A stretch of DNA of 50,596 bases. Origin: a virus (lineage: Duplodnaviria; Caudoviricetes). The stretch is taken from the IMG/VR virus record IMGVR_UViG_3300005663_000063, positions 1 through 50,596 of that record. One strand, given 5' to 3'. Positions 30,362 through 38,534 of this stretch are shown piece after piece; the first letter of the stretch is position 1, and each line of letters begins with the position of its first letter. Made by a program: the position numbers and the translations under genes. The notes beneath the pieces are model-generated. The model worked only from the letters and a program-made list of their open reading frames with translations, was not told where the DNA came from and did not search any database.

Positions 30362-31097
30362 ATATTGTCTCCCACGAATCAGGTTGGTCGAAATCACTCT
30401 CTAATGTCGTATTCGGATGTCCTATCTCCGCCTCTACAGGATTCACCAGACTTAAATCTACCCCTATGTAATTAGCAAAATGGTAAGCTATCCTGTCGTA
30501 AGTTAAGTCACTATCCCCCGAAACCTGCAATAGACCACCCATTCTATCCCTGCCTATCTTATAAAGTATGTCAGAAACAAAATGGACACTCATCGGGGAC
30601 ATCGACATGTTAGAATAAGGATATATTGTCCTCCCACCTTTTAAATCGGTAATCCATCCTTCAAACAAGGGTACATCATAACCTAAGACCTTCGAAAGTC
30701 TAATTACTGTCACACCCATATCCAGTAAAATCCTTTCTATGCCTGCCTTCTGCCTGCCATATTCAGTTGTTGGACAAACTGCATCATTAACATTGCGAGA
30801 GGCCTTAGAACCATCAAATACCCTCTCGGAAGACAACCACACTACAAAACCTTTTAACTTTTCGGCCAACCTAATAGTACCATCTACATTTATCCTCCTC
30901 GTTTCCTCAGGATATCGCTCACACTTCTCTGTAGACGTCTCGGCAGCACATATATACGCCACATCACTCTCAGGTAAATCCCAATCAGTACCATCAAGGC
31001 TAACAACATCACGACCAAGTATGACGGCATTACCCATCCTCCTTAAATAATAATAAAGATTCCTCCCTATTAAACCATTGCCTATTACTAAGTTCAT
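30324..31097 (-). CDS. RmlD-like NAD(P)-dependent nucleotide-sugar reductase (extended SDR)
   Basis: IGNGLIG, CAAET...CE..PE.T..INV.GT, LSSERVFDG, YGRQK. Confidence 0.88.
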   Translation of the reverse strand: MNLVIGNGLIGRNLYYYLRRMGNAVILGRDVVSLDGTDWDLPESDVAYICAAETSTEKCERYPEETRRINVDGTIRLAEKLKGFVVWLSSERVFDGSKASRNVNDAVCPTTEYGRQKAGIERILLDMGVTVIRLSKVLGYDVPLFEGWITDLKGGRTIYPYSNMSMSPMSVHFVSDILYKIGRDRMGGLLQVSGDSDLTYDRIAYHFANYIGVDLSLVNPVEAEIGHPNTTLESDFDQPDSWETIYGWCRDFSTKAR

Positions 31098-31107
31098 ACC
31101 AATGATT

Positions 31108-31272
31108 CTACGGCCACAACGAATCAACAATACGCCAAAAGCGATTGTTTATCTGGGTATCGTAGAATTTGACTAAATGGTCTATTAATGTGAACTTTCT
31201 CATTATATCCTCCCTTGCTGCAGTTTGCGGTGATTTACCTTGAAGCATTTGCATTATCGTCCTTAACATCAT
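31108..31272 (-). CDS. Hypothetical protein
   Basis: ATGA-coupled to the upstream ORF. Confidence 0.5.
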   Translation of the reverse strand: MMLRTIMQMLQGKSPQTAAREDIMRKFTLIDHLVKFYDTQINNRFWRIVDSLWP

Positions 31273-31478
31273 TCCTTCTCTATCAATGGCTTTACTATCC
31301 AATAACCTGTATATATGTTGTGTTCTTCTACCTTTATCACTACACCTTGAGAGTGCAGATACTCAACAATCTTAAAGGAAAATTCCTCTGATTGGTTATG
31401 CTTATCAAGTAAATCCCTATTGTTTTCCAGGGCATACAATAAACCCCTTATCCCTTCCCTTATCTCTTCTCTAGTCAT
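31269..31478 (-). CDS. Small 'TREEIREGI...LHSQGVVIKV' family protein, paralog of 43846..44139
   Basis: Shared N-terminal, central and C-terminal motifs. Confidence 0.75.
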   Translation of the reverse strand: MTREEIREGIRGLLYALENNRDLLDKHNQSEEFSFKIVEYLHSQGVVIKVEEHNIYTGYWIVKPLIEKE

Positions 31479-31627
31479 TATACCCCCCTTATGTAAAGTA
31501 CCTTAATTTTGTTGTAAAATTCTGTGTGAGGTCAATACTAATAATAACCCCGACCCACTGTCCCTGCCACTTCCAAACGAGCCTTGCCTACCAAAGGTTT
31601 AGGGCTCAAGCATACATACCTGACTAT

Positions 31628-32047
31628 CTATGACTCATCAGTTATCATCCTCTGCTTCCTATCCTCAAGGTCTGTCTTCATAGCTTGTAACCCCAATTGG
31701 GCATAATCATTGCCTATATGTATAAAGGCAGCCTTAATATTGACATCAGTAGGTATACGACCATCCGTTCTGTCGGTTATCTCAACAGTATGAGGCAATA
31801 AGCCCTTCTTTGCCAAATCTACAGCCTTAAGAGCTATCTCTTGGGCTGCAATACCCTCATTTTCAGCTAATATCCGCTTATACCAGTAAGTAATAGAGGA
31901 TGTATTGGGTGGCCTACCATTGGGATTGCCTGACTGCTGAGGTTTCCATTGATTATCAATGAAAGCCTTGTTATGTCCTTGTTTGCCTTCGTTTATGTTT
32001 AATTCTTCTTCTGAGTAAGAGAATGGATCTCTTAGTGGTTTAGTCAT
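31628..32047 (-). CDS. terS: Terminase small subunit-like protein (DUF5681-type motif)
   Basis: QWKPQQSGNPNGRP motif and ITDRTDGR; first large gene of the late arm. Confidence 0.7.
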   Translation of the reverse strand: MTKPLRDPFSYSEEELNINEGKQGHNKAFIDNQWKPQQSGNPNGRPPNTSSITYWYKRILAENEGIAAQEIALKAVDLAKKGLLPHTVEITDRTDGRIPTDVNIKAAFIHIGNDYAQLGLQAMKTDLEDRKQRMITDES

Positions 32048-32213
32048 TATTATTCCAGGGGGAGGCTTTGCATATTCTCATGGCGGTTAGCAGTTGTTCT
32101 TTGGTAAGTGACCTTCCCTTCCTTTTATTTTTAGTCATAGATGCTCCTTATAGCCTATGCCTCCCTCCCCTGGCTTTAAAGGCTATTAGACCCACCATAT
32201 CTCACCTTGGTAT

Positions 32214-32242
32214 ATTATAGTCTATTAAGGGAAGTTTGTCAA
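32214..32242 (-). promoter_or_regulatory. Consensus sigma70 promoter, leftward
   Basis: Perfect TTGACA-17 nt-TATAAT on the minus strand. Confidence 0.85.
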
Positions 32243-32436
32243 GTCAGGATTTGTTTTTGTTCAGGGGAATAGCCTTGGCTGGCGCAGGTAAGGCATTGAG
32301 CTTCCTTCTTAAGGGGGATATAATAAAACTCATCTCTTGGTAAGATGGGTTTACCGCATCTACAGGTAGATTTATATTTAGCAATCAGCCATTTACCGGT
32401 ATCATACAGGGGAGTGTATTGGTTAATATAGCTCAC
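32239..32436 (-). CDS. Small zinc-finger-like protein
   Basis: AKYKSTCRCG...CLTC; lies between two consensus promoters. Confidence 0.65.
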   Translation of the reverse strand: MSYINQYTPLYDTGKWLIAKYKSTCRCGKPILPRDEFYYIPLKKEAQCLTCASQGYSPEQKQILT

Positions 32437-32506
32437 ACCTTACCACCTAATAGCTTATTTTTATTATCTTCTCATTTAGTTACGATAATAAATAGAACTA
32501 TTTGCT

Positions 32507-32535
32507 ATTATACTCTTTTTAAACAGGTTTGTCAA
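32507..32535 (-). promoter_or_regulatory. Consensus sigma70 promoter, leftward
   Basis: Perfect TTGACA-17 nt-TATAAT on the minus strand. Confidence 0.85.
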
Positions 32536-32622
32536 GTATACATAGACTAACTAAGTATATAGCCTTGGAATGATACGAAAGGATAGTTTATTCTAAAGTA
32601 GTGAAAATAACTTGAAAGGGTA

Positions 32623-32652
32623 TTGACAATAGGGTAATTAGTATGATATGCT
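32623..32652 (+). promoter_or_regulatory. Rightward early promoter
   Basis: TTGACA-18 nt-TATGCT with TGn extension, in the AT-rich divergent region. Confidence 0.6.
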
Positions 32653-32679
32653 ATTGACAATTGAACAAGGAGGGTAGAA

Positions 32680-32835
32680 ATGGGGGCAAGGGCAAGTAGA
32701 CCGCACAACCCAACTAAAAGACAGTTCTTAGCCGTAGCTGACAGAATAGCGCAAGAAATGGGTTACAAAGACCATGCAGATGCTATTCGTAAAATAAAGG
32801 AAGCCGGAAGGCAGCAAATAAAAAAAGGAGGGTAG
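32680..32835 (+). CDS. Small basic early protein (51 aa, not in the ORF track)
   Basis: AGGAGG RBS; MGARASRPHNPTKRQFLAVADRIAQEMG... Confidence 0.6.
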   Translation: MGARASRPHNPTKRQFLAVADRIAQEMGYKDHADAIRKIKEAGRQQIKKGG

Positions 32836-32841
32836 AGAGGG

Positions 32842-33036
32842 ATGCAAGTTGGACAAGAACATAGAGTGGGTTTAGTCAATTCAATTTTAACAGACGGCGA
32901 AAAGTTGACAGCCTTGAGAGTAATAGACCTCTTGAGAGAGGCAAACATGATGACTGAGGCACTGGAAGTAATTTCAAGAAGATTTGCTATAAGGGTAAAG
33001 GCTATAGCAGATTGGTATTATTCACAAAGAAGCTAA
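32842..33036 (+). CDS. Hypothetical early protein
   Basis: RBS; ORF track. Confidence 0.6.
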   Translation: MQVGQEHRVGLVNSILTDGEKLTALRVIDLLREANMMTEALEVISRRFAIRVKAIADWYYSQRS

Positions 33037-33079
33037 TCTCTTGACTACTCCCAGGTAGGCTGAGATGAGGAGGTAAGAA

Positions 33080-33292
33080 ATGGCTATGGTTAGTTTAGAT
33101 TACATTCGAGGGATAATGGTAGCAAGTGGTATAAAATATCTCTATCTCAAGACACCAGACAAGGTTTCAGGACTGTCGGAGTGCCCAAGCGCTGGACCAT
33201 ACCCAAACATCAGTGGCATGAGGAAGTTATATTGGGGAAAGGATGCTCTTATAGTGAAGCAAGGGGCGTATGCTTATAATGTAAGCGGTTAG
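33080..33292 (+). CDS. Hypothetical early protein
   Basis: GAGGAGGT RBS. Confidence 0.7.
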   Translation: MAMVSLDYIRGIMVASGIKYLYLKTPDKVSGLSECPSAGPYPNISGMRKLYWGKDALIVKQGAYAYNVSG

Positions 33293-33317
33293 CTTGAGAA
33301 TAAAAGGGAGGTAAACT

Positions 33318-33752
33318 ATGGAATACACTGAAGGGGAATTGAAGATGGGCAAGAAAAGAATCTATCAGACTGATTGCTCCAAGTGTGGTGAGACTTTTGC
33401 AAGAAAGCCTAACGAGTCTATAACCTGCCCCAAGTGCAGAGAGAAAAAGGTAGGAGGTCTAACAATGGAATATACTAGAGGGGAATGGGAAGTTAAGGGC
33501 TATCCGAGCGGGCGATATATTCAAACTAATGAGAAAATCGTTGCTCAGATATGGGGACAGAAACCAATGGCTGAAACAGAAGCCAATGCCCGCCTGATAG
33601 CAGCAGCACCAGCTATGTATGAGGCTTTGAAGGGACTCATCCCAGGAATTCATACTATGTTCTTTGAGCAGTTTGAAATAGATGGGACAATTCCTTTTAT
33701 TGAAGGATATAAGGATGCAGTATTAGCCCTAGCCAAAGCGGAGGAGAAATAA
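33318..33752 (+). CDS. Zn-ribbon module fused in frame to an 'ANARLIAAAP' phage protein (internal start at 33465)
   Basis: CSKC..CPKC; second AGGAGG RBS and ATG at 33465; EANARLIAAAP.MYEAL motif. Confidence 0.7.
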   Translation: MEYTEGELKMGKKRIYQTDCSKCGETFARKPNESITCPKCREKKVGGLTMEYTRGEWEVKGYPSGRYIQTNEKIVAQIWGQKPMAETEANARLIAAAPAMYEALKGLIPGIHTMFFEQFEIDGTIPFIEGYKDAVLALAKAEEK

Positions 33753-33931
33753 TGGCAGCGAGAATTATGAGAGGGCACGGGGAGTATTGCCACACATGCC
33801 ACTGTGAAATACAAAGGGGAGAGCGGTGGGAAAGGTATGACGGAGTAAGATGCACGGAAACAAGAAAGATATACCATTTTGACCGGAGAATATGTTACAA
33901 GAACCTAAACGATAAGAAGGAGGAGAAATGA
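33752..33931 (+). CDS. Small Cys/His protein (59 aa, not in the ORF track)
   Basis: TAATG coupling; CHTC...H...C; GGAGG RBS. Confidence 0.55.
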   Translation: MAARIMRGHGEYCHTCHCEIQRGERWERYDGVRCTETRKIYHFDRRICYKNLNDKKEEK

Positions 33932-34234
33932 ACTTTAATCTTGATGGATGGGACTATCTGTTTACACTTGGTCCCTTAGATGTCTATGCCTATGGTAGCT
34001 TAAGGGTAGGAATAGATATCCGAACAGGCAGGAAAGTAATATCATATGTGAGGTAGATAATGCTAACCAAAGAACAGTTTATGAAAATGTATAACACGAT
34101 ATATGCAGACGGAGCTACCCAAGGGTATGAACTGAGAGACCTGATGGCAAAGGTCGAGAAACGCAACCGGGAATACACACCTAGACTAACCCAAGAGCTA
34201 GAGCAAATACTTAAGGATAAGTCAATAACATAAC

Positions 34235-34263
34235 TTGACAAGTGCTAAGTATTGTGGTAGTAT
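34235..34263 (+). promoter_or_regulatory. Promoter of the HTH gene with an overlapping inverted repeat
   Basis: TTGACA-17 nt-TAGTAT with TGn; GTCAA-N9-TTGAC inverted repeat at 34221-34239. Confidence 0.65.
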
Positions 34264-34280
34264 TGTAAATAAGGTAAGAT

Positions 34281-34451
34281 ATGGATAAAAAAGACCGCAG
34301 TTTGATGTTCCAAGCCATCGCTGGAACAGTGGGCAGGAATAGGGAGATTAGACGACTACACTTTGAGAAGGGCAAGAGTATTCCTGAGATAGCCAGGATG
34401 TATAAAATGTCCCGTCAGGCAATATGGGTAATATGCACAAGGGAGGAATAA
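34281..34451 (+). CDS. Helix-turn-helix DNA-binding protein (56 aa, not in the ORF track)
   Basis: Translated by hand: ...RNREIRRLHFEKGKSIPEIARMYKMSRQAIWVI... Confidence 0.75.
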   Translation: MDKKDRSLMFQAIAGTVGRNREIRRLHFEKGKSIPEIARMYKMSRQAIWVICTREE

Positions 34452-34452
34452 A

Positions 34453-34728
34453 ATGACAAAACGAGAAGCAATTAGGGAATGTAAAGGACTGTGGAAGGAG
34501 ATTGAGAGGTCGGGGAAATCTAAGTGGGAGTTTCTCGAAAGTCCTGCTGGTAAAAAGTGGAAGGATAAGGATTATACCAGCGATTGCCCGCTATGTGAGT
34601 ATAGTGATGGAGATTGTGATAAATGTCTACTTCTAATACAGTATGGAGAGGATTGCTACGACTTAGGTTATGAGGATGATAGATTAAACTCCCCATCCTT
34701 CTTTGAGGCAGTAAGGGGGCTGAAATGA
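34453..34728 (+). CDS. Cys-rich hypothetical protein
   Basis: GGAGG RBS; CPLCEY...CDKC. Confidence 0.7.
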   Translation: MTKREAIRECKGLWKEIERSGKSKWEFLESPAGKKWKDKDYTSDCPLCEYSDGDCDKCLLLIQYGEDCYDLGYEDDRLNSPSFFEAVRGLK

Positions 34729-34874
34729 TATGTCCGTTGCCGTCAGATACTAAACCAGGATACATTAGCTCAGGTGATTGCTATGGGGAAGAGTGTGCTT
34801 GGTGGGATAAAACTAAAGGATGCTGTGTTATTCTCAGACTAGCCGACATCGCTAGGGCTATTAGGGAGAGATAA

Positions 34875-35252
34875 ATGAGAGAGATAAAGTTTAGGGCTTG
34901 GATAAAACCATCATACAAAAGTAAAGGCAAAGGGCAAATGGTTGACTGGGATACAATTTGGTCAACTTGGGATGTCGCAGATTTATTTGGTAAAGTGGGG
35001 ACAATCCCTTTAGAGTGGACAGGACTCCAAGACAAGAACGGCAAGGAGATTTATGAGGGGGATATACTAGACTTTGGTGATTACTCTATCGCTAAATATG
35101 GGAGATGCTTACATATCGTTTATTGGAATGATGAAGATGCTGGCTTTAATTCTAGGGAAGTCGGGTTTCAGAAATTGGCGGGGTTCGGTATAGATGAAAC
35201 AGGTGCAGTCATCGGCAACATCTATGAGAACGAGGAGTTGTTGAATGGATAA
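34875..35252 (+). CDS. YopX family protein
   Basis: MREIKFRAW, TGLQDKNGKEIYEGDIL and VIGNIYEN signature. Confidence 0.92.
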   Translation: MREIKFRAWIKPSYKSKGKGQMVDWDTIWSTWDVADLFGKVGTIPLEWTGLQDKNGKEIYEGDILDFGDYSIAKYGRCLHIVYWNDEDAGFNSREVGFQKLAGFGIDETGAVIGNIYENEELLNG

Positions 35253-35343
35253 TTTTCTTATAGGTATATTGGTTTTTCTCGGTGTTATCCTTATATGGGT
35301 TATTGGAGTCTTTTGTGGTAAAGATTGGGCAGGGAGAAAATAG
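35245..35343 (+). CDS. 32-aa single-TM protein (not in the ORF track)
   Basis: MDNFLIGILVFLGVILIWVIGVFCGKDWAGRK; GAGGAG RBS. Confidence 0.6.
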   Translation: MDNFLIGILVFLGVILIWVIGVFCGKDWAGRK

Positions 35344-35535
35344 ATGGATAATTTTTATGGTTGGCTAGAAGGCGGTATATTCTGCTTAGATGGGTATGGG
35401 TATGGAGTAACAAAGTCAGGTAGGACTGTTAGTGTTGGCAAGACAGAAGATTTGATTAAAGAACACCCTCCAGCACCAAAGGCTGAACCTGTTATGAGAC
35501 GACCTAGAATAAGCAAGAAGGGGGGTAAAAGATGA
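35344..35535 (+). CDS. Hypothetical protein
   Basis: GGGAG RBS; ORF track. Confidence 0.6.
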   Translation: MDNFYGWLEGGIFCLDGYGYGVTKSGRTVSVGKTEDLIKEHPPAPKAEPVMRRPRISKKGGKR

Positions 35536-35744
35536 AAGCTAGTGACAATTACCCACGCTTTGACGCTAAGGGTGTAAAGGAGCACTACCAAGAATTAAGT
35601 CGCCAGCATTGGATTGATATAGGTAGAAAGGAAGTGGTGGAGTGGGCAGAAAACCATAGCCACAAGATGAATACCAATATGTATGGTATATCTCTTGGAC
35701 GTGATGAATGGCAAAACCAACTTAAGGAATGGGGGATAGAATGA
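35532..35744 (+). CDS. Hypothetical protein
   Basis: ATGA coupling; GRKEVVEW...WQNQLKEWG. Confidence 0.65.
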   Translation: MKASDNYPRFDAKGVKEHYQELSRQHWIDIGRKEVVEWAENHSHKMNTNMYGISLGRDEWQNQLKEWGIE

Positions 35745-36061
35745 AACTAGAGTTACACATTAAGAATACTAGAGGAGTTAAGTACAATGACATAGACGAG
35801 TTAGCAGAAGCACTTAAGCGAGAAGGCTATGAGGCTAGGGTTGACGCTCCAGGGGACTCTTGGAATAGATATATCGTAGTAAGTAAGGAGGTAAAATAAG
35901 TGAAAGTTGACTTATATTATGATGACAACGGTTGGCAGTTCGGGGTAGAGCCAGAAACGGAGATGGAAAAATGTGCCCTTGAACAGCTAGCAAGTATACC
36001 CACAGAGCAGGTAACTATCTTAATTACTCGGCTTGGTCTATTCAAAAGGGAGGTGAAATAG

Positions 36062-36511
36062 ATGGCAGAACCTAAGATAGAGCGATATGAGGTGATTATA
36101 CCAGACACAGTTGCCAATGATGGCTACGGAAATATTGTAGTCCAAAGACAAGGCGGGCAAGAAGTAAGGGTGAATAAGAAGCACGAACCCTTGCATGGTT
36201 TATTCCGTGAGGCTGCTGAAACTAACAGGGCGTTGAAGCTGGGCTTTGCAGTCTATCTGGATAAAGAGTATGTCCACACAGCCGAGTTCTTTGACGGTGA
36301 GCCGCCAGGAGAGAGGCAAGTTGAGCATATAACTGCTCGAGAGAAACCATTACCAGCACCCCAAGAATTGGGCATGTGGTGGAAGGAACTAGGGAATCGT
36401 ATCGGGGATGGCTCTATTGAAAGGGACTATCCCACTGAAGCAGTTAAAATTAAGACACAGTATTACAGACAGATGGCTAAGGTAACGGGGGTTAAATTCA
36501 CCATGGAGTAA
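36062..36511 (+). CDS. Hypothetical protein upstream of the structured RNA array
   Basis: GGAGGTG RBS; 149 aa. Confidence 0.75.
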   Translation: MAEPKIERYEVIIPDTVANDGYGNIVVQRQGGQEVRVNKKHEPLHGLFREAAETNRALKLGFAVYLDKEYVHTAEFFDGEPPGERQVEHITAREKPLPAPQELGMWWKELGNRIGDGSIERDYPTEAVKIKTQYYRQMAKVTGVKFTME

Positions 36512-36526
36512 CAATTGAATATGTGG

Positions 36527-36919
36527 CTTGCTGGTGTCCTGAAATAAGAGGATTAAATGTTGGGAGGCATCTGCAGATAAACTCCGTATCCGAGCCAGCA
36601 AGATTGCCAGTTTGCCCAATAGTGATGTTGGGCTTAGGAAGGACGAGGGATAAGGTCATCCTTGTCGGTGGCAAACTCCCTGTCTTTGACTGGCAGCCAG
36701 CCACCCCCCAACTCATTGGAGTGGTAGCAGTAATGAGGTACTCTGATCTACCGATTGGGGCTGGCAAAACCTGAGCCGAGGAGTAGCGTGCGCTGGGGAA
36801 GGCTACTACTAATGATTTGGAACGGGAGTAGGCTCAGGTTGGCTTTAGGTGGGGTGAACAAGGAAGGTGCTTTGTCTACCTTCTGCGTGGTGGGGAAGTA
36901 CACCAGCCCCACCTGAGCT
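36527..36919 (+). ncRNA. Putative structured RNA: five abutting 70-91 nt multi-stem domains
   Basis: Closing stems 36527-35/36594-602, 36605-12/36688-95, 36696-702/36759-65, 36768-77/36831-40 and 36841-55/36906-19, each enclosing hairpins; non-Watson-Crick pairs are G-U on the plus strand. Confidence 0.65.
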
Positions 36920-36930
36920 AAGGAGGAATA

Positions 36931-37056
36931 ATTAAGAAAGTAACAGCGCCACTCCAAGCTAAGATAGTAATTGTCTGCCCTACCTGTGGTGAAGTCATAG
37001 AGGTTAAAGTAGAAGGGGTATCTAATTATAAGGAGAATAATGAGAACACTGAGTGA
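36931..37056 (+). CDS. Possible 41-aa CxxC protein with an ATT start
   Basis: AAGGAGG RBS, then ATT; (M)KKVTAPLQAKIVIVCPTCGEVIEVKVEG... Confidence 0.4.
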   Translation: MKKVTAPLQAKIVIVCPTCGEVIEVKVEGVSNYKENNENTE

Positions 37057-37279
37057 TGAGGCATACAAAGAACTAATCGGCTATATTCCTATACCCGAAC
37101 ACGATGTGAGGAAGGTAGCCCGCAAAGCAGAGCAGGAGGCATGGAGGCAGGTAGAGGAACAATTTATATGGGGACAAGTTCCTTACCACGACATAAAAAG
37201 TGGTACTATAAAAGAGCGGACTATGCACTGTATATCTGATGAGGATTGGCAAGAACTCAAAACGGAGGAGAAAGGATAA
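37040..37279 (+). CDS. Hypothetical protein
   Basis: AAGGAG RBS. Confidence 0.65.
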   Translation: MRTLSDEAYKELIGYIPIPEHDVRKVARKAEQEAWRQVEEQFIWGQVPYHDIKSGTIKERTMHCISDEDWQELKTEEKG

Positions 37280-37407
37280 TGAAAATCATCCCTTTTGTCA
37301 TCGCTACTATATTGGCACTAATGGTTGTATTAGGTATAGCAGGTGGTGTAGCCTTTGTCATTTTAGTCTGGCAAGGATTCTTCACCCCATTGGTAGGAGG
37401 CTAAGTA

Positions 37408-37647
37408 ATGGCTAAAAAAGGACTCTATAAAAAGTATATTGTCACCAAAACTAGTGGGAAGCCAATCCCACCTGAAGCACAATTCATTGTTCTCCGTGTT
37501 GATGCAGGGCAATATGTTGGGGCTTGCAGAACAGGAGTAGCAGCCTTCGCTAAAGCAGTTGAGCCGCTAAACCACAATTTATCTTGGGATATACAGATGT
37601 TGTTATTAGGGTTAGTCGCAAAGGATATAAGGGAAGGTGGAGAATAA
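37408..37647 (+). CDS. Hypothetical phage protein
   Basis: AGGAGG RBS; GLYKKYIV.K..G.P...FIVLR.D motif. Confidence 0.7.
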   Translation: MAKKGLYKKYIVTKTSGKPIPPEAQFIVLRVDAGQYVGACRTGVAAFAKAVEPLNHNLSWDIQMLLLGLVAKDIREGGE

Positions 37648-38534
37648 TGGCTAAGAAAAGACAGGTCATACCTCTTGGCAAGAAAAGAAAGTTGACACCA
37701 GAGAGAGCTATTGAGTTATTAGATACAGCGAAAGAGGGATTTCCTGCCAACGATACCGAGAAATACTATCTTGCTATGGAGCTAGGTATTGAAGCCTTGA
37801 AAGTCCAACTAGCCAAGAGCCAAGAGGTATGCCCTGAGTGTCACGGGGAAGGGAAACACGCCTATGCTGGAACAACAGTTGATATATATGTGGGTACTTG
37901 TATTACCTGTCAAGGAACAGGCAAAGTCTTATCCGACACAAGAACTGCCTCTCGCTCCTCACCTCAATTTCATAGTGTCGGAGCTATATGTCCCACCTGT
38001 CAAGGTAAGAAGCACTATATCGCCCCTTTCGGAAAAGTGCCTGACGGTACAGGTAAGAGGCTGGATATAGCACTAGACAATGTAGAGAGGATGGGGCATT
38101 TTGGGGTAGTCAGAGATTGGACTATCAACCTTAAAGATGGAATGGAGGTTTTACTTAATGCTAGGGTTATTCAAGAAATAATTAAGCACGAAAATGCCGA
38201 GCAAAGGCTGGATAGACCCAAAATTATATGCCTTTGTGGTTCCACCCGCTTTGTGGCTATATTCAACGAGTGGCGACAGAAGTTAACACTAGAAGGTAAG
38301 ATTGTAGTCTCCATAGAATTAGTGTTGCCCCAATCTGAAAGGGAAGACCCTCAGCATAGTAATTACAAAGTGAAACAGGCACTTGATGAACTTCACTTGC
38401 GGAAAATTGACCTTGCCGATGAGGTAATGATACTAAATGTTGGTGGTTACATCGGCGAATCTACCAGAAATGAATTGAATTATGCTATGCAAATAGGCAA
38501 GACAATTACTTACTTGGAGGAACAAGATGGATAG
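37647..38534 (+). CDS. Modular protein: DnaJ-type CxxCxGxG repeats plus a C-terminal nucleoside 2-deoxyribosyltransferase-like domain
   Basis: CPECHGEG, CITCQGTG, CPTCQG; IICLCGSTRF...LHLRKIDLADEV.ILNVGGYIGESTRNE..YA. Confidence 0.7.
   Translation: MAKKRQVIPLGKKRKLTPERAIELLDTAKEGFPANDTEKYYLAMELGIEALKVQLAKSQEVCPECHGEGKHAYAGTTVDIYVGTCITCQGTGKVLSDTRTASRSSPQFHSVGAICPTCQGKKHYIAPFGKVPDGTGKRLDIALDNVERMGHFGVVRDWTINLKDGMEVLLNARVIQEIIKHENAEQRLDRPKIICLCGSTRFVAIFNEWRQKLTLEGKIVVSIELVLPQSEREDPQHSNYKVKQALDELHLRKIDLADEVMILNVGGYIGESTRNELNYAMQIGKTITYLEEQDG

Noticed and set aside
5837-30471. Many plus-strand ORFs in the late arm (e.g. 22397..23038, 14956..15387, 11190..11549)
   Set aside because: Antisense shadows of long minus-strand genes, without RBS or motifs
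35741-36061. Adjacent small ORFs both ending in EVK-stop as a duplication
   Set aside because: Explained by an embedded GGAGGT Shine-Dalgarno sequence; not counted as cassette evidence
36527-36919. Canonical tRNA cluster, CRISPR array or hammerhead ribozymes
   Set aside because: No TTCGA T-loop, standard cloverleaf spacing or CCA ends; no repeated repeat-spacer sequence; no CUGANGA/GAAA core seen
36498-37068. ORFs 36523..36774 (+), 36498..36767 (-) and 36748..37068 (-)
   Set aside because: No convincing RBS, atypical composition, and they overlap the hairpin array; likely spurious
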